Shown piece by piece: positions 17,701 through 27,676 of a stretch of 64,000 nucleotides of DNA. Below the pieces are notes generated by a model. It saw only the letters and a list, made by a program, of their open reading frames with translations. It ran no database searches and had not been told where the DNA came from. Position 1 is the stretch's first letter, and every line of letters starts with the position of its first letter. The position numbers were made by a program, and so were the translations under genes. This DNA is from Flavobacteriales bacterium (GTDB lineage: Bacteria > Bacteroidota > Bacteroidia > Flavobacteriales > Flavobacteriaceae). The stretch is from the NCBI GenBank assembly GCA_017302935.1, contig JAFLBT010000001.1:15429-79428 (forward strand), given 5' to 3'.

Positions 17701-20254
17701 CGGTTTCTAACAAGCCGTAACGGTTTGGTTCAGGTGTTTTTAAACCAATATACGTTTGATAAGGCGAAAGTGTTGTTGCCATCACATCAGTACTGAAATC
17801 ACCGCCATTTTCATAGACTTTCGTCATCAAACTGGCTTTCAACATTCCGGGTGATTCAGTGCTTACTTTCGGTTGAAAACTAACGGTAGCTTTTCCTTCT
17901 GCATTTACTTTTCCGCTGAAAATATTTGTTTCTTCCGTTTCAAATTGACGAATCGGATCATCAAAATTGAAATTAGCAAAGCCTTTGAACGTGGTTTTTT
18001 GTTGCATGATTTTAGCTTGCATTTCCATTTTTAAATCTTTGGCAACGGCACCATGCAACCAAGCTACTTCTACTTGACTGGTATTGATCTTGGAAGTAGA
18101 TAAAATCTCGGAATCAAATTTGTTTTTGATTTTTAAACGATTGGGTTTAATAGTTTCAATCTTGATGTTTTTGTAAAATCGAGCTCCACCTACACTGATT
18201 ACCGCTTCCCAACTTCCGGTAGGATGAGCCTCACGAGTAGGAATGATAAATTTGTAATGATTGAGTGGATTGTATTTTTGAACGGATTGAAAAGTCAACT
18301 TTCCGGTTGGATCATTCAATTTGAATTTAATCGGATGTGATTTATCCAATTTACTGGCGGCATCATTAAGCATGAATCCTAAAAACAACGTATCGCCGGG
18401 ACGCCAAACGCCTCTTTCGCCGTAAATATAGCCTTTGAGTCCTTTTTGTAATTTTTCACCGGACACATCAAAATTACTTACGGAGAGCGAATACCCTTCG
18501 TCTAATTTCACATAAGTGGCTTGTTTATCTTTGGAAACAATTGCAAAAAAAGCATATTTTTCCACTTGAAAAGCGGCCATTCCTTCCGCATTGGTGGTTC
18601 CGGAAGCTAATTTTTGTTGTTGAAAATCATACAATTCCACCTTTGCTCCACTTATGGGTTGTGTGTTGACAATATTCGTCACCGCGAAAGTATACGAACC
18701 ATTTTCACCACGTTTGGCAATGACTCCCAAATCAGAAGCCAATACATTCATCCCAATTGGTCCACGACGGTAATAATCCAATTCACAAGGATCTTGACTA
18801 TCATACCAATCGTAATCATCATACCAATAATAATCGTAATAATCGTCATCGTTGGAACGCACTTCTTCGCTCTCTTCTTCACTATCGGATTCCGATTCCG
18901 TTACCGAATTACTACAACTGTACAAAGAATAACTTTTTTTGAACGACATTTCCACGCGATAAATCGCACCGGGTTCGGGGGTAATGATTTTGGATAAATC
19001 GATGGCAAATGTGTTCCATTTACTATAATTGGGTAATTTTTTATCCAATAAATTGATGGTTTGTTTGGCCACGGGTGAAGCTACTTTTCGTAGGTTTCGC
19101 TTTCCGTTCAAATTATTATCTTGTAAAAATTGAAGAATGTTGTTTTTGTAAATTTTATACACTTTAACATCCACCGCTTTCAAGTTGGCCGATTCGAAAT
19201 TGATTTTCAAGTTGTTGGAACTCGGTAAAATGGTTCCGTTTTTCACAAATCGAATATTGGGTTTCATTTCGTTAAAAGCCACTCTTTGCGAATGGGTTTC
19301 TTTCATTTTATAGCCTTCGTCACTCGAAATTCCCTGAAAAACTTCTACCAACAAATCACCTTTGAGTGGTTCGCTAAAATAAACTTTAAGCAAATTCCCT
19401 TCGATGATGAATTTGGATGTTTGAGCCGTTTCAACCGCAACCAAACCTTGTAAATCTTGCCCTTTTTTTATCGGGTCAGAAAAATTAATGAACAACGATT
19501 GGTTGTCTTCATCGCCTACTTCCATCCCTACAATTTTGAAATTATTTTTTCCGGGAATTTCATATTCCAAACTTCCTTTTTGGTCGATGTTGAATGATTT
19601 TCCGTTCCATGAAATAATAATTTTACTGTCTTCAACCTTACGCTGAATGCTATCAATGATGAATTTGAATTCGGTTTTTGTGCTAAGTGCTTTATCGAAT
19701 TTAAGTATTAAGTTTTTACCGTTTTGAGTGGCTTCCACCAATTTTGTAGCCGTTTCAAAATCCATCCAGTCACTGGTTTGAATCGTTCCGTTTAAATAAT
19801 TCAACTCTCGGCTATACGATTGTAAATCCAGAAGGTTTACTGTAAAATCTTGTTTGACTGTTTTGACAGAAAACTTGAATTCTTCCAACCCTTTTTCCGT
19901 TTTGATAAGTTTGGCTAATTTGAAAATAATACGATATTCGGTGTCTTGTTCTAAAGGCTTTTCGGGTACAAAAGCAATAGTGTTGGAGGCCAATGCTACC
20001 ATTTTTCCTTTCACACTTGGAGAAATATCAAATAAACCCGCATCAATTTCCTGATTCGGTTGCCATTCTTGTTTGTCAAACGCTAACGTCACCCTGATAT
20101 CGGAGTGAGCCGATTGCAATCCGGAACTAAAACTAAGGATATAGTTTTGGTACTTCGAAAAATCAGAATTGAATTCTTCGGTAGAAACTTTTTTGCCACA
20201 AGAGTGTAGCACAACAACCGCAACAAAAAGTTGCATCAAATGTTTGATTGACAT
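14756..20254 (-). CDS. Bacterial alpha-2-macroglobulin family lipoprotein
   Basis: Lipobox HSC, MG2 motif YGERGVWRPG, intact thioester YPHGCLEQ, PGMQAEAMY tail. Confidence 0.95.
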   Translation of the reverse strand: MSIKHLMQLFVAVVVLHSCGKKVSTEEFNSDFSKYQNYILSFSSGLQSAHSDIRVTLAFDKQEWQPNQEIDAGLFDISPSVKGKMVALASNTIAFVPEKPLEQDTEYRIIFKLAKLIKTEKGLEEFKFSVKTVKQDFTVNLLDLQSYSRELNYLNGTIQTSDWMDFETATKLVEATQNGKNLILKFDKALSTKTEFKFIIDSIQRKVEDSKIIISWNGKSFNIDQKGSLEYEIPGKNNFKIVGMEVGDEDNQSLFINFSDPIKKGQDLQGLVAVETAQTSKFIIEGNLLKVYFSEPLKGDLLVEVFQGISSDEGYKMKETHSQRVAFNEMKPNIRFVKNGTILPSSNNLKINFESANLKAVDVKVYKIYKNNILQFLQDNNLNGKRNLRKVASPVAKQTINLLDKKLPNYSKWNTFAIDLSKIITPEPGAIYRVEMSFKKSYSLYSCSNSVTESESDSEEESEEVRSNDDDYYDYYWYDDYDWYDSQDPCELDYYRRGPIGMNVLASDLGVIAKRGENGSYTFAVTNIVNTQPISGAKVELYDFQQQKLASGTTNAEGMAAFQVEKYAFFAIVSKDKQATYVKLDEGYSLSVSNFDVSGEKLQKGLKGYIYGERGVWRPGDTLFLGFMLNDAASKLDKSHPIKFKLNDPTGKLTFQSVQKYNPLNHYKFIIPTREAHPTGSWEAVISVGGARFYKNIKIETIKPNRLKIKNKFDSEILSTSKINTSQVEVAWLHGAVAKDLKMEMQAKIMQQKTTFKGFANFNFDDPIRQFETEETNIFSGKVNAEGKATVSFQPKVSTESPGMLKASLMTKVYENGGDFSTDVMATTLSPYQTYIGLKTPEPNRYGLLETGKMNRYDIVTVDEKGNPKAVQNLKVQVYKVEWRWWWDASYDNLSSYVSSNSTTAFKNFTVNTNAIGKASFQFKNEENEWGRYLIRVTDEEGGHATGSTVMIDWPYWSGKTRNTDSSNASMLMFSTDKKNYSVGEKAKISFPSSAGGRALISLENGSRVVKTLWANTQKGETNVEIPITGDMAPNVFVHITLLQPHASTLNDSPIRLYGIVPIEVIDKNTILEPQISMPEVLQPESKTSIRVSEKSGKAMTYTLAIVDDGLLDLTRFKTPNAWNSFYTREALGVKTWDIFDDVIGAYGGRINQVFSIGGDEDLGGSKAKKANRFKPVVMYFGPFKLEKGQSKTHQIKLPNYVGSVRTMVVAGDVNSSAYGAAEKTTPVRKPLMVLASLPRKISPSEKVTLPVTLFAMESKVKNVSVQIKTNNGVRVIGSSSQNVTFAQPDEKMAYFNLEVGSATGLAKVQIIATSGNEKATYEVELDITNPNPITNEFTDVVLEPNSSKTIAVSTFGVAGSNKAQLEVSSFPTIDFSRRLQYLIQYPHGCLEQTTSSVFPQLYLADIFDLDQNRKNEIQKNIKIGIQKLGGFQISNGGFSYWNGQNYADDWSSSYVGHFLIEAEKKGYVLPLNFKAKWIGYQQKTAKEWRFAKNGNDFAQAYRLYTLALAGSPDMASMNRLRETTGISNESKLRLAAAYALAGQKQAAQSVFNQSKIDDSNPNYYYYYGSSDRNKAMALETLILLGNKQRAFKMATDLAKNMASNQWMSTQTTAYSLYAMSKFAQQNGGKGVAITYSVNGKPESIKTSKSLANRNLAIKTGSNTITVKNTQSNTLYVRVLTSGILPIGQEKAMQSKLFTNLVFKNRSGAPVNVTKITQGTEFIAEITIRNQTNERVENVALTQILPSGFEIVNTRFTDFGSFGNNVADHIDIRDDRTNFYFGLKANESRTFRVLLNASYLGRYYLPGMQAEAMYDNTYAARTLGQWVEVVKE

Positions 20255-20375
20255 TGTTCAAAAAGATTAAAAAATGGAACGAAAATGGTGTGGGTACTTA
20301 TTGACGATAACACAAAAAGTATTCCAAATATTGTGTTAAAGTTAATTATTTTTTAAGAAGAATTTTTGGAATAAA

Positions 20376-20819
20376 TTATTTCCGTTTGGAGGCAAAAAAA
20401 CGCAGCATTAAATCGGCTGCTTCATTAGCTAAAACCCCTGAAACCACTTCTGTTTTCGGGTGAAGTTGGGTACCCATCGTCATAAAACCTCTTTGTTCAT
20501 CTCGGGCTCCAAAAACGATTTTAGAAATCTGACTCCAATACAAAGCACCGGCACACATTTGACAAGGTTCCAAAGTAACGTAAAGCGTGCATCCTTTTAA
20601 ATATTTTCCGCCTAAGAAATTGGCTGCAGACGTAATGGCTTGCATTTCGGCATGAGCCGTCACATCGTGAAGCAATTCGGTTAAATTATGCGTTCGAGCA
20701 ATGATTTTATTATCCACCACTATCACGGCACCAACCGGAATTTCACCTTTTTCAAATGCGGTTTCAGCTTCTTGCAAAGCTTTTTTCATGAAATAAGTGT
20801 CGTTGAAAGGATTTTCCAT
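20376..20819 (-). CDS. tadA: tRNA adenosine deaminase / nucleoside deaminase
   Basis: EIPVGAVIV, HAE, TLEPCQMC. Confidence 0.9.
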   Translation of the reverse strand: MENPFNDTYFMKKALQEAETAFEKGEIPVGAVIVVDNKIIARTHNLTELLHDVTAHAEMQAITSAANFLGGKYLKGCTLYVTLEPCQMCAGALYWSQISKIVFGARDEQRGFMTMGTQLHPKTEVVSGVLANEAADLMLRFFASKRK

Positions 20820-20824
20820 AGAAA

Positions 20825-20853
20825 CAAAAATACAATTTCAATTCGTACATTTG
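20825..20853. promoter_or_regulatory. Back-to-back divergent -7 promoter elements for tadA and dxs
   Basis: TATTTTTG on the - strand (20825-20832) and TACATTTG on the + strand (20846-20853). Confidence 0.6.
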
Positions 20854-20857
20854 TCCA

Positions 20858-22630
20858 ATGGTTGATAATTTACTGCAACATATCGAATTTCCTTCTGATT
20901 TACGCAAACTAAACGTAAATCAATTGCCGCAATTGGCTCAGGAATTACGCGACTTTATCATTGATATTGTTTCGGTTAAAGAAGGACATTTGGGAGCTAG
21001 TTTAGGTGTGGTAGAATTAACCATTGCTTTGCATTATGTGTTCCATACGCCGGAAGATTTGCTCGTTTGGGATGTGGGTCATCAAGCTTACGGCCACAAA
21101 ATTTTAACCGGACGAAAATCAGTTTTTCATACCAATCGCCAATTAAATGGCATTTCAGGTTTTCCGAAGCGAAGTGAAAGTGACTATGACACCTTTGGTG
21201 TTGGGCATTCATCTACTTCTATTTCTGCGGCGTTGGGCATGGCAATTGCTTCTCAATTAAAAGGAGAAAACAAACATCATATTGCTGTGATTGGCGATGC
21301 TTCGATTGCTAGCGGCATGGCGTTTGAGGGATTGAATCATGCGGGAGTAACTGATGCTAATTTACTCGTGATTTTAAACGATAATGCAATTGGAATTGAC
21401 CCTAGTGTAGGAGCGTTGAAAAACTACCTTACCGCTGTAAAAGAAGGCAAAAATCCGAAGGTGAACAACATGATTAAGTCGCTGAATTTTGATTATTCAG
21501 GTCCGATTGACGGTCATGATATTTTTGCTTTGATTTCAGAATTGGAACGATTGAAAAAAGTTAAAGGTCCGAAGTTTTTGCACGTTATCACTACCAAAGG
21601 TAAAGGTTTACAAAAAGCGGAAGAAGATCAAGTAAAATACCATGCTCCTGGAAAATTTGATAAAATTACCGGGGAAATTCATTTAAAAGAAGAAAGCCAT
21701 TTACCACCAAAATTTCAAGATGTTTTTGGGTTGACGTTAGTAGAATTGGCTAAGCAAAACGAAAAAATTATCGGCATTACGCCTGCCATGCCAACCGGAA
21801 GTTCACTCAAATTTATGATGGATATTTTTCCGGAAAGAGCTTTTGATGTAGGCATTGCCGAGCAACATGCTGTGACATTATCCGCGGGAATGGCAACACA
21901 AGGAATGGTTGTTTTTTGCAACATTTATTCCACTTTTTTGCAACGAGCATATGACCAAGTAATTCACGATGTGGCGTTACAAAATTTACCGGTTATTTTT
22001 TGTTTAGACCGTGCCGGTTTAGTTGGTGAAGATGGAGCAACGCATCACGGCGTATTTGATTTGGCTTATTTGCGATGCATTCCGAATATGATTATTTTCT
22101 CACCACGCAATGAAATTGAATTGCGAAATATACTTTATACCGCTCAATTGGGATTAAATCATCCAATCGCAATTCGTTATCCGAGAGGAAGAGGTGAAAT
22201 AGTCGATTGGCAAAAACCGTTTCAAAAAATTGAAATTGGAAAGGCTACTTTGCTAAAAAAAGGATCAAAAACGGCCATTTTATCAAATGGTTTTATCGGA
22301 CGAAATGCAACGTTAGCAATAACTGAAATTAGTAATGCTACACTTTTTTCGCATTATGATTTTTCGTTTGTGAAGCCTTTAGATGAAGAACTTTTACATT
22401 CCATTTTCAAAGAATATGAAAACATCGTAACGATTGAAGACGGAACAATTATTGGTGGTTTTGGTTCGGCTATTGCTGAATTCAAATCAAAATATAAGTA
22501 TAAAAATGATGTTCAAATACTTGGAATTCCTGACCAATTTATCGAACAAGGAACCGTTGAAGAGCTACAACGTTTTAGTGAAATTAGTGTAGAAAACCTT
22601 ATTGTTGTTTTGTCAACTTATTCAAAATAG
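20858..22630 (+). CDS. dxs: 1-deoxy-D-xylulose-5-phosphate synthase
   Basis: GHLGASLG, WDVGHQAY, GDASIASGMAFEGLN, GIAEQHAV, DRAGLVGEDGATH. Confidence 0.97.
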   Translation: MVDNLLQHIEFPSDLRKLNVNQLPQLAQELRDFIIDIVSVKEGHLGASLGVVELTIALHYVFHTPEDLLVWDVGHQAYGHKILTGRKSVFHTNRQLNGISGFPKRSESDYDTFGVGHSSTSISAALGMAIASQLKGENKHHIAVIGDASIASGMAFEGLNHAGVTDANLLVILNDNAIGIDPSVGALKNYLTAVKEGKNPKVNNMIKSLNFDYSGPIDGHDIFALISELERLKKVKGPKFLHVITTKGKGLQKAEEDQVKYHAPGKFDKITGEIHLKEESHLPPKFQDVFGLTLVELAKQNEKIIGITPAMPTGSSLKFMMDIFPERAFDVGIAEQHAVTLSAGMATQGMVVFCNIYSTFLQRAYDQVIHDVALQNLPVIFCLDRAGLVGEDGATHHGVFDLAYLRCIPNMIIFSPRNEIELRNILYTAQLGLNHPIAIRYPRGRGEIVDWQKPFQKIEIGKATLLKKGSKTAILSNGFIGRNATLAITEISNATLFSHYDFSFVKPLDEELLHSIFKEYENIVTIEDGTIIGGFGSAIAEFKSKYKYKNDVQILGIPDQFIEQGTVEELQRFSEISVENLIVVLSTYSK

Positions 22631-22636
22631 TGATTT

Positions 22637-23611
22637 TTGCATTTTGCAATACAACCTTTACTGATGAAAATTAAGCTTTTTACTCTCCTTTTTATCATTT
22701 CTTTTGCATTGAATGGGCAAAATTTAGAATCTGAAACTGACCCAACAAAAAAAGATACTTCGTATTGGACCCACAAAAATCAAGCAGGATTAGATTTTAG
22801 CCAAATTGCTTTTGTGAATTGGAATGCCGGTGGAAATAGCTCCATTTCAGGATTACTAAAAGGTGATTTTGTACGAAAATATGTGAAGGGAAATGTCATT
22901 TGGAACAATGAAATGTCTATTCGATATGGAATCAACAAACAAGAAGGTCGAGAACTTCGAAAAACGGATGATGCATTTAGTTTTTTATCGCATTATGGTT
23001 ATCGAAAAGTAGAAAGTTCAAATTGGTTTTATTCGGCTCGTTTTAATTTCAATACACAATTTACGAATGGATATGCTTATCCAAATACAGATAAATCTAT
23101 TTCAACCATTTTTGCTCCTGCCTACATTTTTTTAGGTGTTGGTTCTGAATATAACCGAAAAGATAAAAATTTCAATATCTACTTTTCTCCATTAACCGTT
23201 AAAACCACTCTAGTACTTAATCAGCGATTAGCAGATTTGGGGTCCTTTGGTGTAACAAAAGCCTTGTTTGATGAAGAGGGTAATCTGTTAAGAAGAGGAA
23301 GAAAAAGTAGAAATGAAGTGGGTTTATTGGTAACAAATTATTGGAAGAAGGAATTTTACAAAAACATGTTTATTGAAAACAGACTCTCCTTATATTCTGA
23401 TTATATCAACAAATTTGGTAACATAGATGTTGATTGGCAGATTCAAATGGAAATGGTTGTCAATAAATATGTGAGGGCGAATATTGGTGTTCATTTGATT
23501 TATGACGACGACATCAAAGCAAAAGAAGAAGTGAATGGTCAACAAGTTACAGTAGGTCCAAAAATTCAGCTTAAACAAGCATTAGGAATTGGATTAATCT
23601 ATAGTTTTTAA
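22637..23611 (+). CDS. DUF3078 family outer-membrane beta-barrel protein
   Basis: NWNAGG, RKTDD, T(Q)FTNGY, N.DVDW motifs. C-terminal aromatic residue (YSF). Confidence 0.8.
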   Translation: MHFAIQPLLMKIKLFTLLFIISFALNGQNLESETDPTKKDTSYWTHKNQAGLDFSQIAFVNWNAGGNSSISGLLKGDFVRKYVKGNVIWNNEMSIRYGINKQEGRELRKTDDAFSFLSHYGYRKVESSNWFYSARFNFNTQFTNGYAYPNTDKSISTIFAPAYIFLGVGSEYNRKDKNFNIYFSPLTVKTTLVLNQRLADLGSFGVTKALFDEEGNLLRRGRKSRNEVGLLVTNYWKKEFYKNMFIENRLSLYSDYINKFGNIDVDWQIQMEMVVNKYVRANIGVHLIYDDDIKAKEEVNGQQVTVGPKIQLKQALGIGLIYSF

Positions 23612-23613
23612 AC

Positions 23614-23647
23614 AAAAATGCCGAAGAACTTTCTCCGGCATTTTTTT
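23614..23647. terminator. Bidirectional terminator
   Basis: AAAAATGCCG ... CGGCATTTTTTT between convergent genes. Confidence 0.75.
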
Positions 23648-23664
23648 ATGATTTTACAACTGAT

Positions 23665-26286
23665 TTAGTTTTTAATAATCTTTTTCGAGAAACTTAATTG
23701 ATCTGCTTCAACATTGATGATATACATACCGGATTGAAGGTGAGACAAGTTGATTTCTTTTGAAGAATTAAACGAAGCGTCTTTTTCAGCATATACAACT
23801 CTTCCATTCAAATCTGTCACTCTTAAAGAAATTTTACCAAAGAACTTGTTAATTTGAATATTGAAAATTCCGTTTGAAGGGTTTGGATAAACATAGAACA
23901 TTTCGTTGTTTACAAAATAATCAACTGATAACGTACAGTTTGGCCCATCCGGTGGTACGGCATAATCTTCAATTTGATCTGTAGCACTAGTTCTGCTTCC
24001 TGAAGAAGCGTTTAAGCCTAAACCTCTATTCGCAAAAACAGCCCAAATCATACAAAAATCTTGACCTCCTGTTGTTGCTTGATCTGCTGCAATTAAAGCA
24101 TCCCTGGCTTCTACAAAAGTTGGTGAACATGGTTGCAATTTTAATCCATCTAATACTAATTGCATGATTTTATTATTTCCTCCTGTTCCGGTATAGATAT
24201 TAGGGTCATAACCATATTTACTGATATACGCCCACGTTAAATCCCATAACATTGTAGCCCATACCGATCCAACACCGTGTGGAATCGCTTCAGTATTTGA
24301 ACTTGCAAATGTCATTGGATTTAAGGCCGTACTAGTACTGTATGGAAACGAACGAATTCCGACACCATCTGTTGATTGACTAACTGCAAAAGTTCCAATA
24401 CCTCTACTAGCCGTTCCAACATCACCAGGTTTTAATTGCATCATCAAAGCAAACCAATCTGACCAACCCTCACCCATTTGTTCTGCATTATTCAAACAAC
24501 TTGAATTATTTCTTCCTCCGGCCAATCGAATGGAAATTCCATGACCAAACTCGTGCGAAATAATTCCATTGTCAAATGATCCATCAGCATTAATGAATAC
24601 TTCCAAAGGATCTTGTAAAGTTGCATTTACTGTTCCTAACGCCATTTGAGCAATGATAGCCTCACCAATTTCTTGTGTTACACTGATAGCCGGAATAGTA
24701 ATTGTAGCATCTCCTCCACCCATAATAATATTTCCTTCCACATTATTTACAACAATTACTGCCAAAGCTCCTGCATTTTGAGCATTTTTCACTTTTTCAA
24801 CAAATAAGCAATTTCCTCTTCTTACTACACAAATTTTTCCGGCGATTTCGGAAGCATTGATAGCCGGTGCACAAGCTTGGGTTGGATTTGCACCTCCATC
24901 ATTATACAAAACCAAATTAGCAGTAATTCCATTTGGTGCTGTTGGTAATGGTACATAACCGGGATTAAAATTATTTACACGTGTGGCATAAGATCCGGCA
25001 ATATTAGAAGGTGAATTTACAATCAATGAAAGTGTTGGTGGTCCTACATCCCACAAAAACATCTGTACTCTACCTCTTTGACCATCTATTGGGGCAGAAA
25101 AGTTTGCATTATTGGTACCTGAACCATCTTGAGCATCAGCAAAAACATAATCGCCTTGTGTTCCACCACGTCCATAGTTATTTGACTGATAATTACCATT
25201 TGCCTCGTTAAATCCATAACGGTACCATACATCATGCATGATGTTCGTCATGTAAAATAAATTCGTAATAGAAGCATCTGTATAAGAAGTTGGCTGGGCA
25301 CTATTCCCACCATAAGGATAATCAAAAACTAAATTAGCTCCACCATTAGGTGCTTGACCATTACCGTTTAAACCGGCAATATCTTCTTTTGCCCATGTAT
25401 TATTTCCTCTGGTCGTAGTAAATTCAGCTCCAACTGCTCCATTAGTGTCGTGCCATCCAAAAGGTGAAGCAAGAATATCATGTGGAGTGGAAATCAATTG
25501 TCGCTGTCCGTGATTTGGACTTTCAATATTGAAAGGAAACACTCGATACGAACCAGATTGTGCTTCTACTACACTTAATTCCTCTTTTACAATTTGCTTT
25601 GTGAAAGGTACATTATGAGCATGATTAGAGTGATTAGAACCAAAGCTACAATTCACAACCAAATCAAATTTCTCTAAAATTTCACCATTAACGGCATCTA
25701 CACGAACACTCCATAAGTTTATATATTCAGGAGAATAAAAAGTAAAATCCCAAGCTAATCTGAGTTTGTTTTCTTCTGTTAATTGAAAAACTAATTTTGC
25801 AAAAACGGGTTCTTCTAATCCAATTCCGTTAGATAATTTATAATAATTCGTACGAATCGTTTCTTCAATAGAGAATGGTCCGGCATAATTGATGCCACTA
25901 TTATTATAAGCAGCCGCTAACGCCTGACTAAATGAATACTGTGGGGTAACTGTATTTACCCTTTGAGCGATTGAAGATTCAAATCGATTAGCTACATAAA
26001 AAACCTCTCCGTTTTTGATAGAAAAGTTTGTTTGTGCATGAAAAAGCTCTATTCCTTGATGTCGCTGTTTGATGTAATAATTCGTGATTCCTGTGGCATC
26101 TGAATTTGCTTCACTTTCCACTATCCAATCTTGAACATCTGCAAACGAAACCTCCAATTTTGCATAATTTTCATTCAGATAAGATTGAATTTTTGCCGTA
26201 GGAACTTGTGCATGAAGCAGACAAGAAAAAGCAAAAAGCATCAAAATTGTAATTTTTCTTCTCATTTTTTTTAATTTAATTGCCAA
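23665..26286 (-). CDS. M36 (fungalysin) metallopeptidase with PA domain and T9SS type A C-terminal domain
   Basis: Propeptide, AQDGSGTNNANF, HEFGHG, MGEGWSD, PA insert (RRGNC.F..KV.NAQ.AGA), CTD VYPNPSNG ... SGMYII ... KKIIKN. Confidence 0.92.
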   Translation of the reverse strand: MAIKLKKMRRKITILMLFAFSCLLHAQVPTAKIQSYLNENYAKLEVSFADVQDWIVESEANSDATGITNYYIKQRHQGIELFHAQTNFSIKNGEVFYVANRFESSIAQRVNTVTPQYSFSQALAAAYNNSGINYAGPFSIEETIRTNYYKLSNGIGLEEPVFAKLVFQLTEENKLRLAWDFTFYSPEYINLWSVRVDAVNGEILEKFDLVVNCSFGSNHSNHAHNVPFTKQIVKEELSVVEAQSGSYRVFPFNIESPNHGQRQLISTPHDILASPFGWHDTNGAVGAEFTTTRGNNTWAKEDIAGLNGNGQAPNGGANLVFDYPYGGNSAQPTSYTDASITNLFYMTNIMHDVWYRYGFNEANGNYQSNNYGRGGTQGDYVFADAQDGSGTNNANFSAPIDGQRGRVQMFLWDVGPPTLSLIVNSPSNIAGSYATRVNNFNPGYVPLPTAPNGITANLVLYNDGGANPTQACAPAINASEIAGKICVVRRGNCLFVEKVKNAQNAGALAVIVVNNVEGNIIMGGGDATITIPAISVTQEIGEAIIAQMALGTVNATLQDPLEVFINADGSFDNGIISHEFGHGISIRLAGGRNNSSCLNNAEQMGEGWSDWFALMMQLKPGDVGTASRGIGTFAVSQSTDGVGIRSFPYSTSTALNPMTFASSNTEAIPHGVGSVWATMLWDLTWAYISKYGYDPNIYTGTGGNNKIMQLVLDGLKLQPCSPTFVEARDALIAADQATTGGQDFCMIWAVFANRGLGLNASSGSRTSATDQIEDYAVPPDGPNCTLSVDYFVNNEMFYVYPNPSNGIFNIQINKFFGKISLRVTDLNGRVVYAEKDASFNSSKEINLSHLQSGMYIINVEADQLSFSKKIIKN

Positions 26287-26327
26287 ATATAAAATTTTTA
26301 ACGTTTTATTTTACAGTTTATTTATTT

Positions 26328-27674
26328 TTAACTTTTGTTCGCCGAAAGTATCGTGTGCATTTTCATTGCATTTCCATCACTCAATAACGAAACAAAGTGC
26401 GTAATATGTAATAATCTCGAATATAAATCGCTTTTTTCAACATGGTATTTTTCAGGTAAAAGATTCAACAACAGTTTGTCATAATTCGACATTTTACCAT
26501 TGTGTTTGTTTTCAAAAGCGGTAATGAATTTATCCAACAAATGATTGATGACTTGATAGCCGGTAATTTCTTTATGAATAACTTCCTGAGATTGATAGAT
26601 GTTTTTCACACTCAATTTGATAATATCATCCATTTGAGCTTTGTATTTACTTTTGTCCATCAATGCATAAGGAAAGTTACCTTTTAGAATGGATTCTTCA
26701 TTTTCTATAAAAACTCTAACTGCATCATTAATAAGGCTTCCGATGGCTAATGCTCTTAAATAACTGATTCTATCTTCTTTAGTTTGTAAACTATTGTACT
26801 TGTTGACATCAATGGTATCTTTTACCAATTTAATCAAGTATTCTAAAGCAAAATCTTCATTGACCAATCCTAAATTTATCCCGTCTTCAAAATCGATTAT
26901 CGTATAACAAATATCATCTGCAGCTTCAACCAAATAAGCCAACGGATGCCGTTCATACCCAATATCATCACCCGATTTGTTTGGTATTAGACCCAATTCT
27001 TCTGCAACTTCCTGAAAAAAAGGTTTGTCTTGCTGAAAAAAACCATACTTTTTATCAGCTATGTTTGAAGTTGGTTTTTTAGGAAGGCTTTCTTTTGGAT
27101 ACTTCATAAACGTTCCTAAAGTGGCATACGAAATTCTCAATCCGCCTTCATTACCGGGACGATTAGCGGTTAAAACAGAAAAACCGTTCGCATTTCCTTC
27201 AAAATCAATTAAATCTTGCCACTCTTTTTCAGTTAGTTGACCTTTATATTGTAACCCATTTCCGTTTTTAAAGTATTCGCCAATAGCTTTTTCACCTGAA
27301 TGCCCAAAGGGCGGATTACCAATATCATGAGCCAGACAAGCGGCGGCAACAATGGCCCCAAAATCATTCATGTGATACCCGTGCACATCTTTTAAATATG
27401 GATATTTTTCGATAATTTTTTTTCCAACCAATCTGCCAATGGAGCGACCCACAACGGAAACTTCCAAACTATGCGTTAATCGTGTATGCACAAAATCGGT
27501 CTTTGAAAGTGGAATAACTTGCGTTTTGTCTTGTAAACTTCGAAACGCTGCCGAAAAGATAATTCGGTCATAATCAACTTCAAAGCCCAATCGGGTATCA
27601 TCTTGTTCAGAACGTAATCGTTTTCCCGTGTCGCCTTGTCTTTTTAGCGATAAAAGTTGTTCCCAGTGCATCAT
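26328..27674 (-). CDS. dgt: Deoxyguanosinetriphosphate triphosphohydrolase (HD domain)
   Basis: FRSLQDKTQV, TRLTHSLEV, HDIGNPPFGHSGE, FEGNANG, EAADDICY. Confidence 0.95.
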   Translation of the reverse strand: MMHWEQLLSLKRQGDTGKRLRSEQDDTRLGFEVDYDRIIFSAAFRSLQDKTQVIPLSKTDFVHTRLTHSLEVSVVGRSIGRLVGKKIIEKYPYLKDVHGYHMNDFGAIVAAACLAHDIGNPPFGHSGEKAIGEYFKNGNGLQYKGQLTEKEWQDLIDFEGNANGFSVLTANRPGNEGGLRISYATLGTFMKYPKESLPKKPTSNIADKKYGFFQQDKPFFQEVAEELGLIPNKSGDDIGYERHPLAYLVEAADDICYTIIDFEDGINLGLVNEDFALEYLIKLVKDTIDVNKYNSLQTKEDRISYLRALAIGSLINDAVRVFIENEESILKGNFPYALMDKSKYKAQMDDIIKLSVKNIYQSQEVIHKEITGYQVINHLLDKFITAFENKHNGKMSNYDKLLLNLLPEKYHVEKSDLYSRLLHITHFVSLLSDGNAMKMHTILSANKS

Positions 27675-27676
27675 AA

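Noticed and set aside
14722-19000. Many + strand ORFs antisense to A2M (and similar ones elsewhere)
   Set aside because: Typical antisense shadows of long genes, with no motifs or independent signals.
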